A stretch of 64,000 bases of DNA from Chrysemys picta bellii (Eukaryota): positions 91,760,001 through 91,824,000 of the forward strand of contig NC_088799.1 of the NCBI RefSeq assembly GCF_011386835.1. Reading direction: 5' to 3'. Numbering within the stretch: position 1 is the stretch's first letter; every line of letters starts with the position of its first letter. The notes beneath the pieces are model-generated. The model made no database searches. It saw only the letters and a program-made list of their open reading frames with translations, and was not told the origin of the DNA. Positions 13,848-26,680 of the stretch are shown piece after piece. Both the position numbers and the translations under genes were made by a program.

Positions 13848-14744
13848 TAAGGTTAAAGTTGAGTAGTACAAAGCTATAGTGAAATCTCAGAGCAGCTAGA
13901 ACTGATCTGAAAAACAAAATTAACGCCATGCATTCTAAATTAGAACCTACAGAAGATCAAACTCATTTGATTTGTATAAGGAATGGTACACATCAGGATA
14001 TCACTACTATATCTGTATACCTTTTCATTATACATCAATAGTACAAAACATCTTTCAGAATTAAGACAATGGCATTGTATTCGCTAATGGTACATTAATA
14101 GTAGTGGTACACTCCAGAAGTAATTTCTTAAAAGGCTGGTCATTTCTTTAAGTAATGACTGTATTGCTACTATTCTTTGCAACCTCTCCTTTTTAAGAAG
14201 GGTATCCTATAATTGATTATGTGACAGCAGAAGCTGATGCTTTTAACAGCTTTATAATGAATAAGAAATTAAGGCTTAGCATTACTCATTGCATGCCAAT
14301 TTCATGAGGGGGGACACAATCTCAATAAATGGTTATTTTTGCTATTTACAGCAGCTTAGTAGTCTATTACTGTATCTGCAGAGAGTTATACAAGTTTCTG
14401 AAAATAACAGGTATATAAATAAAATAGATTTAACTCTCTCTGGCATGCCACTAACTTTCGTTGCAAGTTTCTTAGCTGGAAGCACATCTATAACTTTAGG
14501 GTAATTGCCTACCTCTGTTGTGTATTCCTTTTTGTATGTTTGACTGCAGAATGTTTATGGTTGGCTGTATTATTTTCAATATACACCTTTTAAAGTTATA
14601 CCAATAAAACAAGTGCAGAAACCCACTTTCATTTTCCAGGTTTATGTGCAACATATAACACATTGCATCAAATATACATGCATGTTTACTGGAGCTAAAC
14701 TGCTTCGTACAAGAACTAGGACTCTTCACTCAATGAGTTGCTTC

Positions 14745-16528
14745 TTAGTCAATGTTCTCCAATCCCTGAAAAATAAAAAGTGAAACACTCTTAACTATCC
14801 ATACAGAATTTACACCAATCTCACCGCCCCGTTTACGTTTCTCAGAAAGTACACATCTTTTTCTAACCATAAATTCCTCAGCAGAATAAGAAGTTAGCAT
14901 TGTCCAAAAAACATGCAATTTTTTAAAAAAATGGGGGAAAGAATCACAAAAGCACAATTAAGCAAACTCTAGTGATAGCATCACAGAAGTTACAAAGGGA
15001 AGAGACCCAATTCATCAAGGCAACCCTGTGCAAATTATACCATCCCTACATACCGTGACTGAAGGTGATCTGAAAAGGTTTTTCAAAGGAATGTTCTTTA
15101 CATTAGACATTTAGGTCTTGTCTGCTCAGGAACACTCTATGCTAACTGCAGAACCAGTGAAATTACATCATTTTAGTGGAGAGTGAAAAGTTGAGCAATT
15201 CAGAGGGAAAGGAATTTTGTCACTGTTTAAAATTTGTGTTAACCCCTAATTTCACTTTAATGACTAAATAAGGCTTGGGGAAAGGATGTAACAAATTAAA
15301 CATTCCAACCCCTTCTACTAATGCGACAGCTCATAATACACATGCTTAGAAACATCCCAGAGACCCCTAGAAAAAAACAGACCAGGCCATTTCTAATAAA
15401 ATATTACAGGCTTTCTTTGTATGTTATAAAGCAACAAATACAGGCACTCAAAAAAGCCTTTTGCATGTCACCTTTAAGTACTAGCAGTAGCAAGTCTTCA
15501 CTGAAGATATCAAGTGAGAATGAAAAGACACTAAATGCTAAAAGAGTCAGGCTTGGGGTGTGCACAGAAGATTGCATCCAGATTTGAACCCATCAAAGCA
15601 AGCCAGTCCACTGATTAGCTGTATGACAATGCATTAAAAATAAGCACTTGTTGTCTGCACCAGTTAGAAGGCTAAGTTCTACCCTCAGTTACCATCAAGA
15701 CTGAAGTAACAGAGAGCAGAACCCAGCCAAGGGTCTAACTCAACTCAAACAATAGCTAGTGCTCAATGCAGAGACATACAACTGTCATTTTCAACTCCTG
15801 GTTAGTTGAATTTTGAGGCGTTTGGATTTTGCAGAGTTCAGCTGCCTTGTATTTATAGATCTGCTCCGTCCTAGGTCGGAAGGAATTTACCTTGGACCGA
15901 TAGTATTCATTAACCCCCGACAGTCGCCTGTCTCTTTCCATCAGGTACCACTGGTAGGGATGGCGAGCGATTCTCTTTTCCTGCACACACAGAGCAACGT
16001 GTCACCGCACTGGGAGAACGGGGCTTGGACACGGCGCGGAGAGGGGAGCAGGATCGTGCCGCCTGGCCTGGACAGCGAGCTTGGGCTCGGACAAGGCCCC
16101 AAGTAGTTCCCGGGGTGGGGGAAGGGGAGCGGCGCTCTCTGCTGGACTCCAGCGGCTCGCTCTGCACAAGCACCGGGCAAGGGGTCCGTCCCCCGCGTCA
16201 GCTGCCCCCCCCCGCCCACTCCCCCCCCAGCACCCGCTCCCCTCCCCCGCCAGCGCCCGCTCCCCCCCAGCACCCGCTCCCCTCCCCCGCCAGCGCCCGC
16301 TCCTCCCCCAGCACCCGCTCCCCCCCCGCCAGCGCCCGCTCTCCGCGTCACCCCCCCGCTCCCGCTCCCTTTCCGTCCGGAGCCGGCCCAGCCCCCCGCC
16401 CCTCCTGGCTCCGCCCCGGCCCTGACCTTGCCCCCGTTGAGGTATCTGTGGATGTGGATGAGGGACACGCCGGGGATGGTCAGGAACAGGCCCATAATGG
16501 CCGCGCTGGGCAGGATCTCGTACCACAT
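14745..16528 (-). CDS. NDUFA1: NADH:ubiquinone oxidoreductase subunit A1 (MWFE), 70 aa; complement(join(14745..14765,15891..15980,16427..16528))
   Basis: [34 protein letters not shown] / [30 protein letters not shown] / GLENID*. Closely resembles human MWFE. Phase-0 GT-AG introns; exon sizes 102/90/21. Confidence 0.98.
16228..16341. repeat. GC-rich tandem repeat (about 40-bp unit, about 3 copies) in NDUFA1 intron 1
   Basis: CAGCACCCGCTCCCCTCCCCCGCCAGCGCCCGCTCCCCCC starts at 16228, 16268 and 16309. Confidence 0.85.
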
Positions 16529-17039
16529 CCCGGCGTCCGCTCGAGCCGCTACCGACCGCTACGCTAGACAGCCGACCCCAGGCCTACAAACGCGCATGCG
16601 CAAGCAGCCCCAAGTCGCCTGCGCATTAGCCCCGCCTCCGGACTACCCACAGGGCACCGCCTACCCATCATGCATCACGACGGCGCGCCGCCGCCATTGT
16701 GCCGAGGCAAAGGCCGCTGAAGGGTCACGAGTGCAACAGCGATAGGGCGGAGCTAGGCCCCCCGTGACTGTGGCGGTGGCGGCGCTTGGCGTCCCACTAG
16801 GCCTGCCACGGCTGCCGGGAACTTCCCGTGGCCCCGACGACCTGCTGGGAGCATGCCGGGAGCGGTCGCCCCCGTTAGCCCCAGTGCATGCCGGGAACTC
16901 CCAGCCCCACAGTGCTGTATCCTTGAGGAGGCGCCGCCGGCGCCAGGCGGCGGTTCGTGGCCCTTTAAGGCTGTGATCCCGCGAGAGGCGCAGCAGCCAA
17001 TGGGCGAGAGGGGGCGTGGCTCGCTGGCCGGAGAACGGG
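16529..17039. promoter_or_regulatory. CpG-island bidirectional promoter shared by NDUFA1 and UPF3B
   Basis: 511 bp between divergent ATGs, CpG-rich. Perfect NRF1 palindrome GCGCATGCGC at 16592-16601; GC box near 16629; ZNF143/SBS-like GCATGCCGGGA at 16851-16861 and 16886-16896; YY1-like GCCGCCAT near 16690; CCAAT at 16997-17001. Confidence 0.85.
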
Positions 17040-18855
17040 ATGAAGGAGGATAAGGAGAACACTAGGCCTAAAGAGAAGCGGGCGCCCGGGGGCCCCCTGG
17101 ATCTCAGGGGGGGCGGGGAGCCCGAGCGGCTCGAGCGGCCTAAGGACAAGAAGGAGACGCTCAGCAAGGTGAGGCTGGGGGCGGGGCCCTCGGGACCGCT
17201 GGGACTGAGGCTCCCTAGCTCGGGGCTGGGGCTGGCGGCGCTTCCCCCTCTCCCGTGCCCCGGCCTGCGCTCCTGCCGCCTGCCCTGGGCCCTGGCGGGC
17301 TGCTCCGTAGAGCCCAGCGCCTCAACCCCCGGACGGGGCCTCTGGACGCTGTTCTGGGGATGGGGCCAGGCAGGCCCAGGGCGCCCGGGCGAGTATCTGG
17401 CGGTGTCTCGTTTTTCGGTGCCCAGCCTGAGATGCCGAGATCTGATGGTTTGCCCAGGCAGGTGCTGAGCTCGCGTGGCGCTTTGAGTGTTGGCAGCACT
17501 CTGCAGAACCAAGGCCTGGGTGGCATCCGGACCCACTGGCCACCACGTGGGAAATGTTTGGCCCAAGTCACTTGCCCAAAGTAGCAGTTAGTGGTAGACT
17601 AGGGAACGGCGCTCAGGAATCTTGCCTTTGAATTCCTTGCTCTAATCACTTAGGGCCTGAGACTGCTCCTCCTGGGAAGTGAGGAGGAGTTTTTTCTTTG
17701 ACTTAAGTGGGTGCTGGATCAGGCCCCCAGTCTTTCTGTGCTTTCTTGAAGAATTGTGATGTTTCTAGATCACTCAGTACTTAAGATATAAAAATGGCAT
17801 TGAAGCCAGGCTGGGTGAAATAGATTTCCACATTCTTGACATGAGCCACAGTTGTTGACTTAGCTTTGTTATCCTATGGCATCTTTCAGGTAACCTCTGA
17901 AATAAAGTCGGGGCAGACAATAATTTTACGCTCTTAAAATTCTTGTGTTTAAGGTGGTAATTCGACGCTTGCCTCCTAGCTTGACTAAGGAACAACTTGA
18001 AGAACATCTTCAGCCTTTGCCTGAACATGACTATTTTGAATTCTTTGCTAATGATTCCAGGTACAACACTTCAGGTTTCAATTTTTTCATGTAACTCTAG
18101 TATGTCAATTAATGTACACTTGTCTATAGTGTGTATAGTTAAAATCATCAGCAACAAGCCAGCTTCATTTCCTTACACATTGCTATTTTTCTGTCCTTTT
18201 GCAGTTTGTATCCTCACATGTTTTCCAGAGCATACATCAACTTTAAAAACCAAGAAGACATAGTACTGTTCAGGGATCGCTTTGATGGTTATGTTTTTGT
18301 TGATCACAAAGGCAAGTAAACATAAAACTTGGTTATATACTAAAATGTTTGTATGTCAGCTATATTAAATGAGATTTAGGAGATTGTCAGGTAGTTTAGT
18401 CCCAATTTTTTTTTTCTTTTAGTGCCATAACTATACTTGGGCACCATATATCGAGATTAAATACGGGGTGCTTGCATGTAGTCTCTTCGATAAACTTCAT
18501 GACACTTTTTGTAGTTAGATTTTAAATACAGCTTAAAATAATAACAATAAAATCCCCTTTTTAAAGCAATATTAGTGGTAAATTTTCTAAACAAACTGCT
18601 TAAGAGGAATTCTAGCCCATTAGTAACTTACATGTATATAATCTAAGTTTAGTTAACTGTTATTTCAATATGTTATGTGGTTTTTTGGGAGCATTCAGCA
18701 CCTAATACTAAAGTCTTATAATACTAAGGCTGATATCCTCTAACACACACATTCTGGGTGAAATTCTGGCTCCATGGGAGTCTTGTGCACTGTTTCCAAT
18801 TGACTTCCAGAATTTCACCTGAAACTCTTGTTTTATTTGGCTATTTTTATAGATA

Positions 18856-18886
<31 letters not shown>

Positions 18887-21800
18887 AAGAGAGATTTTAC
18901 TTTTAATTTTTTTATTTTTCATCTTCCACCAACCAGTTGCTTTTTGTGAAATGGAGCTATGACAATTGAAGTCTCAGTTATTCAGAAGTGGCCAGCTTCA
19001 TGTTCCAAGCATCAATTTAAATTACCTAGATTCTCTGAAACTACTTCTCTGTTCTGCATGGACTTTTTTTGTCAATCATATTGGATTTTGTCAAGAACAG
19101 AAATTTCCCCTTTCTCCATATTCCCATTTGAACACACAGAGCTCTCTCTCCCCCTTCCCCACCCCCCCCAGTGAATGAAGCAGGAATTGGGGGTTGGGGG
19201 GGGGACAGCATGTGATCATAATGCATAACTATCGGGATGCTGAATTAAGGTTGCCTGAGCAACCTTAGCTCTGGCATTTCCTAACTTTTGAGTATTACAT
19301 TTTGCAACTTTAACTTTCTTTTAATGTAGTATTGTAAGTATTTTGTGTATAGGCTGGAAAGTGCTTTGAGATCCTCTTGCGATGAAAGGGTTATAAATAA
19401 TGTTGTCATGTGGTCAGATATATAAACATAAATTTCATAGCTACTATCTATTTATCTGTTCTAGTATTGTTTCTTATAAACATGCCCCAGTGTCCCTCCC
19501 CCAATATAATACACTGTCAGGAATTTAGTGTGTTGTGTTTTTTTTTTTTTTTTACCTTGGTGATTAAACAGTTTGAACATTTTACATTTAACAGGTCAGG
19601 AGTATGCTGCCATAGTAGAATTTGCACCTTTCCAAAAATCTGCAAAAAAGAAGAATAAGAAAAAGGATGCCAAAACTGGGACTATTGATGATGGTATAAC
19701 TACTAGGGTTGGTTGTTTGTATGCATGCATATGTGGAGATTTATGTGGTGCATGGTATCTAATAGAAATTTGAATTTATTTTGACTGTGTGGTGTCCTAG
19801 TGTAACAATATGTTTGATACTAAACACTTAACGTGCAACAATTACATTTCTGTTTTTCAAAATAACTTGTCTGTTTTACTATAACAAAAGTACTTAAGGT
19901 ATTATTGATATTATTATGATAGTACCTAGTGGTCCCCAGCAAGGGATAGGGTCCTGTTGTACTAGCTAACACCCACATATGTAATGAAAAGATGGTCCTT
20001 GTCCCAGTTAGCTTTTGTAGGCTTGGTACACTAGAAGAAAAACAGACAATTGCAAAACCAATAAAATATCTTAATAAGCACACTATGGAATAAAGTTGTT
20101 AAAATCTTGCATTATTACTATTAATTGTGTACTTTACAAAACATAACCAGACATGGTTCCTGCCTCCAAGTTAGATTTAACTTGGCTAAAGATAAATATT
20201 GGGCAGCAGCTCGTAAGACTATATAACCCATTCTTGTTTGTTCATAAGTTTGAAAATGCAGAGTGACTATTGACATTCCCAGAAGAGGGGTCAGTATGTG
20301 TATTTTGTAGCACAAACCAATCTTTCTCTCCAGACCCAGAGTATAAGAAGTTTTTGGAAAGTTACAGTGCAGATGATGAAAAGTTAACATCGACTCCTGA
20401 AACACTACTAGAGGAAATAGAGGCAAGAAACAAAGAGTTAATAGGTATGAAAACTTGTATGTGAACCTCTTCTCACAGTATAGGAAGACATACGAAGTAC
20501 AATATTTTGTAGGTTTGTGACTTTTGAACTTTGGGGACTCTACATTCCTTTTTAGATTATTTAGTATCATTAAGTCCTTAGAGTAATACTACTAGTGAAG
20601 ATCTACTTTATTCATCCCTGTTCCAGTCCCTCTTCTTAGTTTAAATTGCATATAGTAATCTTCTCCGCTACCCATACTAAACACCTGTGTTATGTGCTGT
20701 TAAATTCCAGTGATGGGTGCATTGGCTCCTTTAATATTAGTACTGTGGGATGGGAAGTGATATATAAATGTAAGTTACGACTCATTTAGTTTAGCTAAAA
20801 CATTAAATGAGGAGACATAGCCATTTATAAGTAAATGAAGAGTATACATTTTCAAGAAGAGAGAGAAGTTGTGGTACAAGTAAGACTGAAACCGAGCAAA
20901 ATTTAATATAGACTGAGATAAGACTTTCCCATCTAACTTATGCAAACATATCTTGATATTTGTAAAGGCAAAAATATTTATGTTCTTAATGTTTATTTAG
21001 CTAAAAAGACAACTCCCCTTCTGAACTTCTTGAAAAACAAACAGGTATGATTTCTCTGTATAATCTATGTAGAATCTTTTTGGTTACAGTTTTTGATAAC
21101 TTGCTCTTAGAACTTGTGTATGTACAGTGATGTCTGTATAGTAAAATTTTCTTTTGTGGTAAATGGATCTAAAGACCTTGTTTTAAATAATTCTCCCAGA
21201 GCTACAGAATTGTTCAGGTAGGTGGGAGCACTTCCTGCTTCCTTCTCTCCTCAGAAGAAAGTTGTGAAACTTTAAAAAAAAAAAAAAAAAAAAAAAGGCA
21301 GGGATGGGGGGAGGAAACGTCTTACAACTGATTGTTCTGCTACGGGACTGCATCCTGCTGCCTAACTGAATCCATGCTGCTCAGCAGATGGTAAGTGTAG
21401 TGGAGCAGATCTAGTGCATGCTTGCAGAGGAAAAATATAGTGTGTACAGGGCCTTAGTCTAATAATTATAATCATGTTTAAAATGGGGTGGGGTTTTCTT
21501 GTACTCTGTATCCCAAATACTTGGGTTCATGCTTAACAAACTGTGTGTTTTAGCAGGGATTGATAGTGGCTTCCAGAGAATTGATATCAAGCTATATTTC
21601 GCTTAACATGGTGGTTTAATAACAGTCCTTGTCACAGTGGAACACTGAGCGATGTGAGCTGCAGCTGTGTGACTGGCAAGCCATCTTCGGTGTAACATAC
21701 TGTTTGCAGCTACCAGGATTTAATTTAATGCCCTCTTGGTGTTTTCTCTCCTATGAACCTATTTTTCTTTCAGATGTGTTTAACTTTTTAGGGTGGGTTC

Positions 21801-24800
21801 TGATGTGTGGGTGTTTCATTTTAACTTCCATTAAAATATGGAGTTAATGATATCTGAAATATACATAATAATGCTGCTCCAGTGAATTTTGAAGCTTTCA
21901 ATAAGTTGCTTAAAAGTAGGATACAACGGGAGACACAAATGTTTTATAAAGCTGTATATTTTAGAGAATTTTGTGTCATTTTAGGACATGGTATCTTATG
22001 GAACTTTTAAAAGTAACTTTTTTTCTAATGTGGGAAATATTTTTTTTTTGTTTGTTCTCCCCCCCCCCCTCCCCCCCCTTTCCAGAGACTGAGAGAAGAA
22101 AAAAGAGAGGAGAGGAGAAGAAGGGAACTGGAAAGAAAAAGACAAAGAGAAGAAGAAAGGAGGAAATGGAAAGAAGAAGAAAGAAGGAAGAGAAAAGAAG
22201 CAGAAAAACTGAAGAAAGTTGATAAATGCCCAGAAAAAGAAAGGGATAAATCAAAGGACGAACCAAAGATTAAGGTACAGAACATGTCATTGTTATAGGC
22301 CGTTTTCCTCCCCCTTCCCTGTAAAAGTTGCATACAAAATGTGTTCACTGAATACTTATCCAAGAGTAATTCATGATCTTGAAGGAGTAGACTAGTTATT
22401 TCATAATGTTCATGTTTTTGTTAAAGTACAGTAAGGATTTGTATGTTGATTGTTAGTTGCTTTAGTTTTATCTTTAATAAACAATTTTCATTTGAATACT
22501 TGTGTATATGCTTTCATTCCCCAGAACATATGAATTTAATATAATCTGGGTAACTGGCTATATTTGATTACCATCTTCAGTATTTTATCTTGTTCTCATA
22601 CTGTACAGGGAAATGAATCCTATTCTGGGATTGGGATCATTATTTTAGTTGTAGACATTACTACCTCTGAGCATAGGGAGTATGGAAATAACTAGTTACA
22701 TATATGTATATTTCTCATGTTAAGCAGAAGTCACTTTGTTTTTCTTCACAGCTACTTAAGAAACCAGAGAAAGATGAAAGAGACTTGGAGAAAAAGGAAA
22801 AGTTCAAGAAACTGGAAAAAGAAATTGTGAGGGAAGAAAAGGCTGCTGGCGCACTAATCAGCGTGTCAGCCAAACGATCCGATGGGGAGACTAAAGAGGA
22901 GAAGGCAAAAAAGTTAGTATTCCAGTACTTAGTAGATGTGATTTACCAAAAAACCCCAGCCTTTCTAGACTAGTAATTTAAAACTTAGGCTGCGCTGTCC
23001 AGGAACAGCTTTTGAATTCAAATAAAGAAATGTCTCTGATCTGAATTGTCTGGGAGAGTGTACTCCTGATCGGGGAGTGGGGTGGGTCCATCTGGACTTG
23101 AACTATTTCATAGCTGTTCGTTTAATAGACAAATTTTAGTGTTTTATTATAAACACTTGGGCTTTCATTTGAAGATATTTACAAATGGAGCCCAATTCAG
23201 GAGGCACAGCCATTGGTCAAAGATGGCTTTAAGCCACCTCTGTGTCCTCCAAATTCTGGGGCTAGCTTTGGGCTTGCACAGTCTCTAACATAAATGAGAA
23301 CAGCTCCATAGCCTGCACTTATAGCAGCTTCTGAGAGCATAGGGGTCACTTTAAGTCCACAATACTCATAATGCATATCCCTTTAGAGGCCTTGGCAGGA
23401 AGGAAAAGTATGGCCATTCTTATGCCAGAATGCAGCCCAGAATGACAACCATATACTACAATAACTAATCCTCACAACATCCATGTGATGTATACAGGTG
23501 TGGGTTTCCCCCATGTGTCAGAGGAATGAGGCAGAGATTTAAGTAATTTCCAAGGCCACAGAGGGAGTTAGTCAGCTATGTGACTAGAACTGTGGGACTT
23601 CCTATCTGTAGTGTTCTCGCTCATTATCAAGGTTTACATCCTCACTGCAGTTATTTCTGTATCTGTAGTAAAATATGACTGTAGGCTTCTAGGATATTTT
23701 AACTCTTGTCTAAAATCTACAAATCCGTGTCTGACAACATTGATGCAAATTTGGAGCTGTAGTATTGATTACACAGATCTGTGGTTTTGATTATCCAGTC
23801 TTCTAAGCTTAATTTCTCGCTCTGTTTTTCATACAGACCTGAAGATGAATATGGAAAAGATTACAGGGACCGGGAGAGAGACTTTGAAAGAGAGAGAGAA
23901 TATGAGAGACAGCAGCGGGAGAAACAGAGACGCCAAGATGAAGAGCGTCGTAGGCAGAAGGAACGCTTTGAGAAAGAAAAAGTTTTTAGAAAAAGAGAGG
24001 AAGAGGTGAAAAAGGAGATAAACTCATTCAGAGAGAAAGGAAGGAAAAGTGAGCTTCCAGACTTTACAGGCAACACAGAAAAAGCTGAGAAAATAACCAA
24101 AGATGACAAAAAAGAGGATGCAGCTAAGAGAGATCGCATCAGAAATAAGGTGCTGGCTCTTTAAATTCACACCCATTCTATAAGGTCATGTTTGTGGTTT
24201 TATAGTAAATGTTAATTAAGGGGAAGGGTCATGCTATTTCTTACCTTTTTGAAATTTCTCCTTCATATAATAATTCAACTGTAAACTTTGCCATCGTGTA
24301 TGAGGGGAAAAATAGACAGATCTTGTAAGCTTTGCTGCTGCTAAGATGAACTTAGTCTTGGCAAATTTCTTGTTGCCTTTGTAGGAATTATGTACAAGTC
24401 CAGCTGTTACTGGCAAGTTCTGAACAAAAGTTAATAAATGTCTGTCCTGGTTTTGCCAGCAGATAAATGTTGGTTTTTTAACTCTTGTGTCACCAGAGAA
24501 CTGATCTGGTAGGACCAGATTCTTGCAGATGCTGCGTGTGGGTTAATGCCAGAAAGTACATCTCTGTAAGCGAGAGAAAATGATATAGCAAGCAGCCACC
24601 CCTATTATACCTTCTCCAAACACTGCAGAGGCTGCTGCATCAGGTATAAGGCACTGCTATGCAGTGTCATGGCACAGACCTCATGTTAATGTACTTATCG
24701 TTCTATATGCAAAATACCCCCAAAATATGTATTCCTTCCATTGATAGGAATACATCCAGTTTAGATGTGCATTAATTCTGCATTTGCAGCATCTGTGGGT

Positions 24801-25341
24801 GTGTGGGTGTGTGTGGGTGTGTGTGGGTGTGTGTGTGTGTGTTTTTTTCATGGTTTTTAGTTAAAAAATGTTCCTTGGGAGAAGCTTTGAAATTTGCTCA
24901 TGTGCTTGAAGAGGACAAACTGAATTGTTCCTTAAAATATTATCCTTGTGAATGCTTCAAAATACTTGGGTGCATAATCTAAAGCAGCATTCTCATCTGT
25001 GCTATTTGAGCAGTTACTCTTCGTCATTGAACTTGTAATGTTGGGTGTCACTGAATAATTAATATTATTTTGGGAAAGTCTGAAGTGGTCTGTGTGGTGT
25101 TCTATTTGCCTTTTTTAGTATCATCCCTTTAGAAATTATAGGAATTTGTCTAATAGCCAAAGCATCATACTGTCTGATACCTTCTGATTTATTTCAGGAT
25201 CGTCCAGCAATGCAGCTATACCAGCCAGGAGTTCGAAGTCGAAGTAGACTGTGTCCTTATGAAGACATGGTTACAAAGTCTGTGGACCAAGGAGCAGATA
25301 AACAGGAAAGTGAGACCAGTAATACAAAAGAAGAGGAGTGA
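17040..25341 (+). CDS. UPF3B: Regulator of nonsense transcripts 3B, 467 aa; join(17040..17168,17954..18060,18205..18311,19595..19693,20334..20444,21001..21044,22086..22274,22752..22912,23837..24149,25198..25341)
   Basis: MKEDKENTRPKEK...LSK/VVIRRLPPSLTKEQLEEHLQPLPEHDYFEF...RAYINFKNQEDIVLFRDRFDGYVFVDHKG (RRM-like Smg4/UPF3 domain), a KE/RE-rich coiled coil, and the EJC-binding motif RIRNKDRPAMQLYQPG. The 1404 nt join is in frame. Intron 3 donor is GC (AAG|GCAAGT). AATAAA at 25794 and 26318. Confidence 0.97.
18853..18886. repeat. (AT)n + poly-T microsatellite
   Basis: Seen directly in the sequence. Confidence 0.9.
24794..24842. repeat. (GT)n / GTGTGG compound microsatellite in the last UPF3B intron
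   Basis: Seen directly in the sequence. Confidence 0.9.
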
Positions 25342-26576
25342 TTAGCACACAGGCCTTATGTGTTCTGATTATCGAAGCAGCCAAAGAGCATGTACTACGC
25401 AATCCAGAAGTGCCTTCAAAGAGAAGGAACAAAGGAAGAAGAGGGGACATTGTGCTGTTGGATGTTTCTGGTTAAAGAACCTCAGAATTTGAAATGTGTT
25501 CTCATTGTTATTGGAATTTATTTTCATAGCATCAGACTACAATGGAGAAGAAAATGTTTGCAGTTTGCAAAGTAGAAAAGCTTTTTGTGGCCTTACGTAT
25601 GAGAAATGCGAGTCATGTGGTCAGGAGGATGGCACCTGGATTTAAAAGCAGAGCTTTTTTGTAAAGCAGTCCTGAACCAGTGTTTGATACACTTAAAAAG
25701 AGGAGCAAAGTTAAAGTTGCAGTTTTGCTCAAAAGCTAACATCCTATATTGCTATGCTGCGTGGTGTTTGAGTCTGAGACTACAATAGTTACAAATAAAC
25801 AGTGTAATCCTAGCACTAAAACCGAGTTCTCAGACTATGGTAGCTGGGCCATCAGTGGTCTGGGGAAGCCTTTTCCTGGTTTTCTGCAGAACAGACCTTT
25901 TCAAGATAGAAGCAGTAGGAAGTTTGGAAAGTGGGGAGAGGCCTTATAAAGAATCTTCCATGTAGGAAGTGGATTACTGAATGAAGTAGTTGAACTAAAA
26001 GATTGCAGTGTAGGAATAATTTTGTTATTACTGGGTATTTCCTTTTTTGATAAATTTGTCATGTAATGTCGTCTGCCTACCTACACTGAAACAATTTTTT
26101 TTTTTTAAATTTTAGTATCGCTGTGTAGAGTGTCTGATTCTTTTCAAGCATTCCCTCTTTTTTTCAGTGTCTTAAAAGTAGGAAACTTGCCATTTCAATC
26201 TCTGCTTCATCTTTCCTAATCCATTGGAGTGTTATTTCACAGCCCAGAAGAAACTTCACCAATAATGATCCTCTTTAAGCGAGCAAGTTTTAGCCTTAGC
26301 TGTTTTGTACTAAAACCAATAAAATATCTCAAAATATTAAAGATACTTTAACTTACTTGTCTTCAGTGAGACTTTTCTATTTGGGGGCATGACAGAGCTA
26401 GCCTTCTCATGAACTGTATTTATCCTTTATCAAAGCTTTTCATATTAATATTGTACATGAGTTAAGATTGTCAAATGGCCTCCAACTCCAACAAAAAAAT
26501 CCCTGTACTCTGCTGAGAACAGCAGAGAATACTAAACTAATACATCACTGTAGCTAAATTACAGAGCATAATGTTA

Positions 26577-26680
26577 CAGTAACTCCTCACGTAACATTGT
26601 AGTTATGTTCCTGAAAAATGCGACTTGGCTGACACAATGAAATCAAATCATACATTAATTCTCATAGTACATTAAAATCC
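26577..26680 (+). mobile_element. TcMar-Tigger-like MITE 5' end
   Basis: TA|CAGTAACTCCTCACGTAACATTGTAGTTATGTTCCTGAAAAATGCGAC resembles a recalled Tigger terminus. Confidence 0.5.

Noticed and set aside
16661-17566. 301-aa minus ORF and other long ORFs around the NDUFA1/UPF3B promoter
   Set aside because: Low-complexity P/G/R/A translations of a CpG island and antisense shadows of real exons; stop-poor because of GC content.
21255-21389. Cryptic exon candidate in UPF3B intron 6 (CTCAG...GATG|GTAAGT)
   Set aside because: It spans a poly-A tract and there is no conservation or expression evidence.
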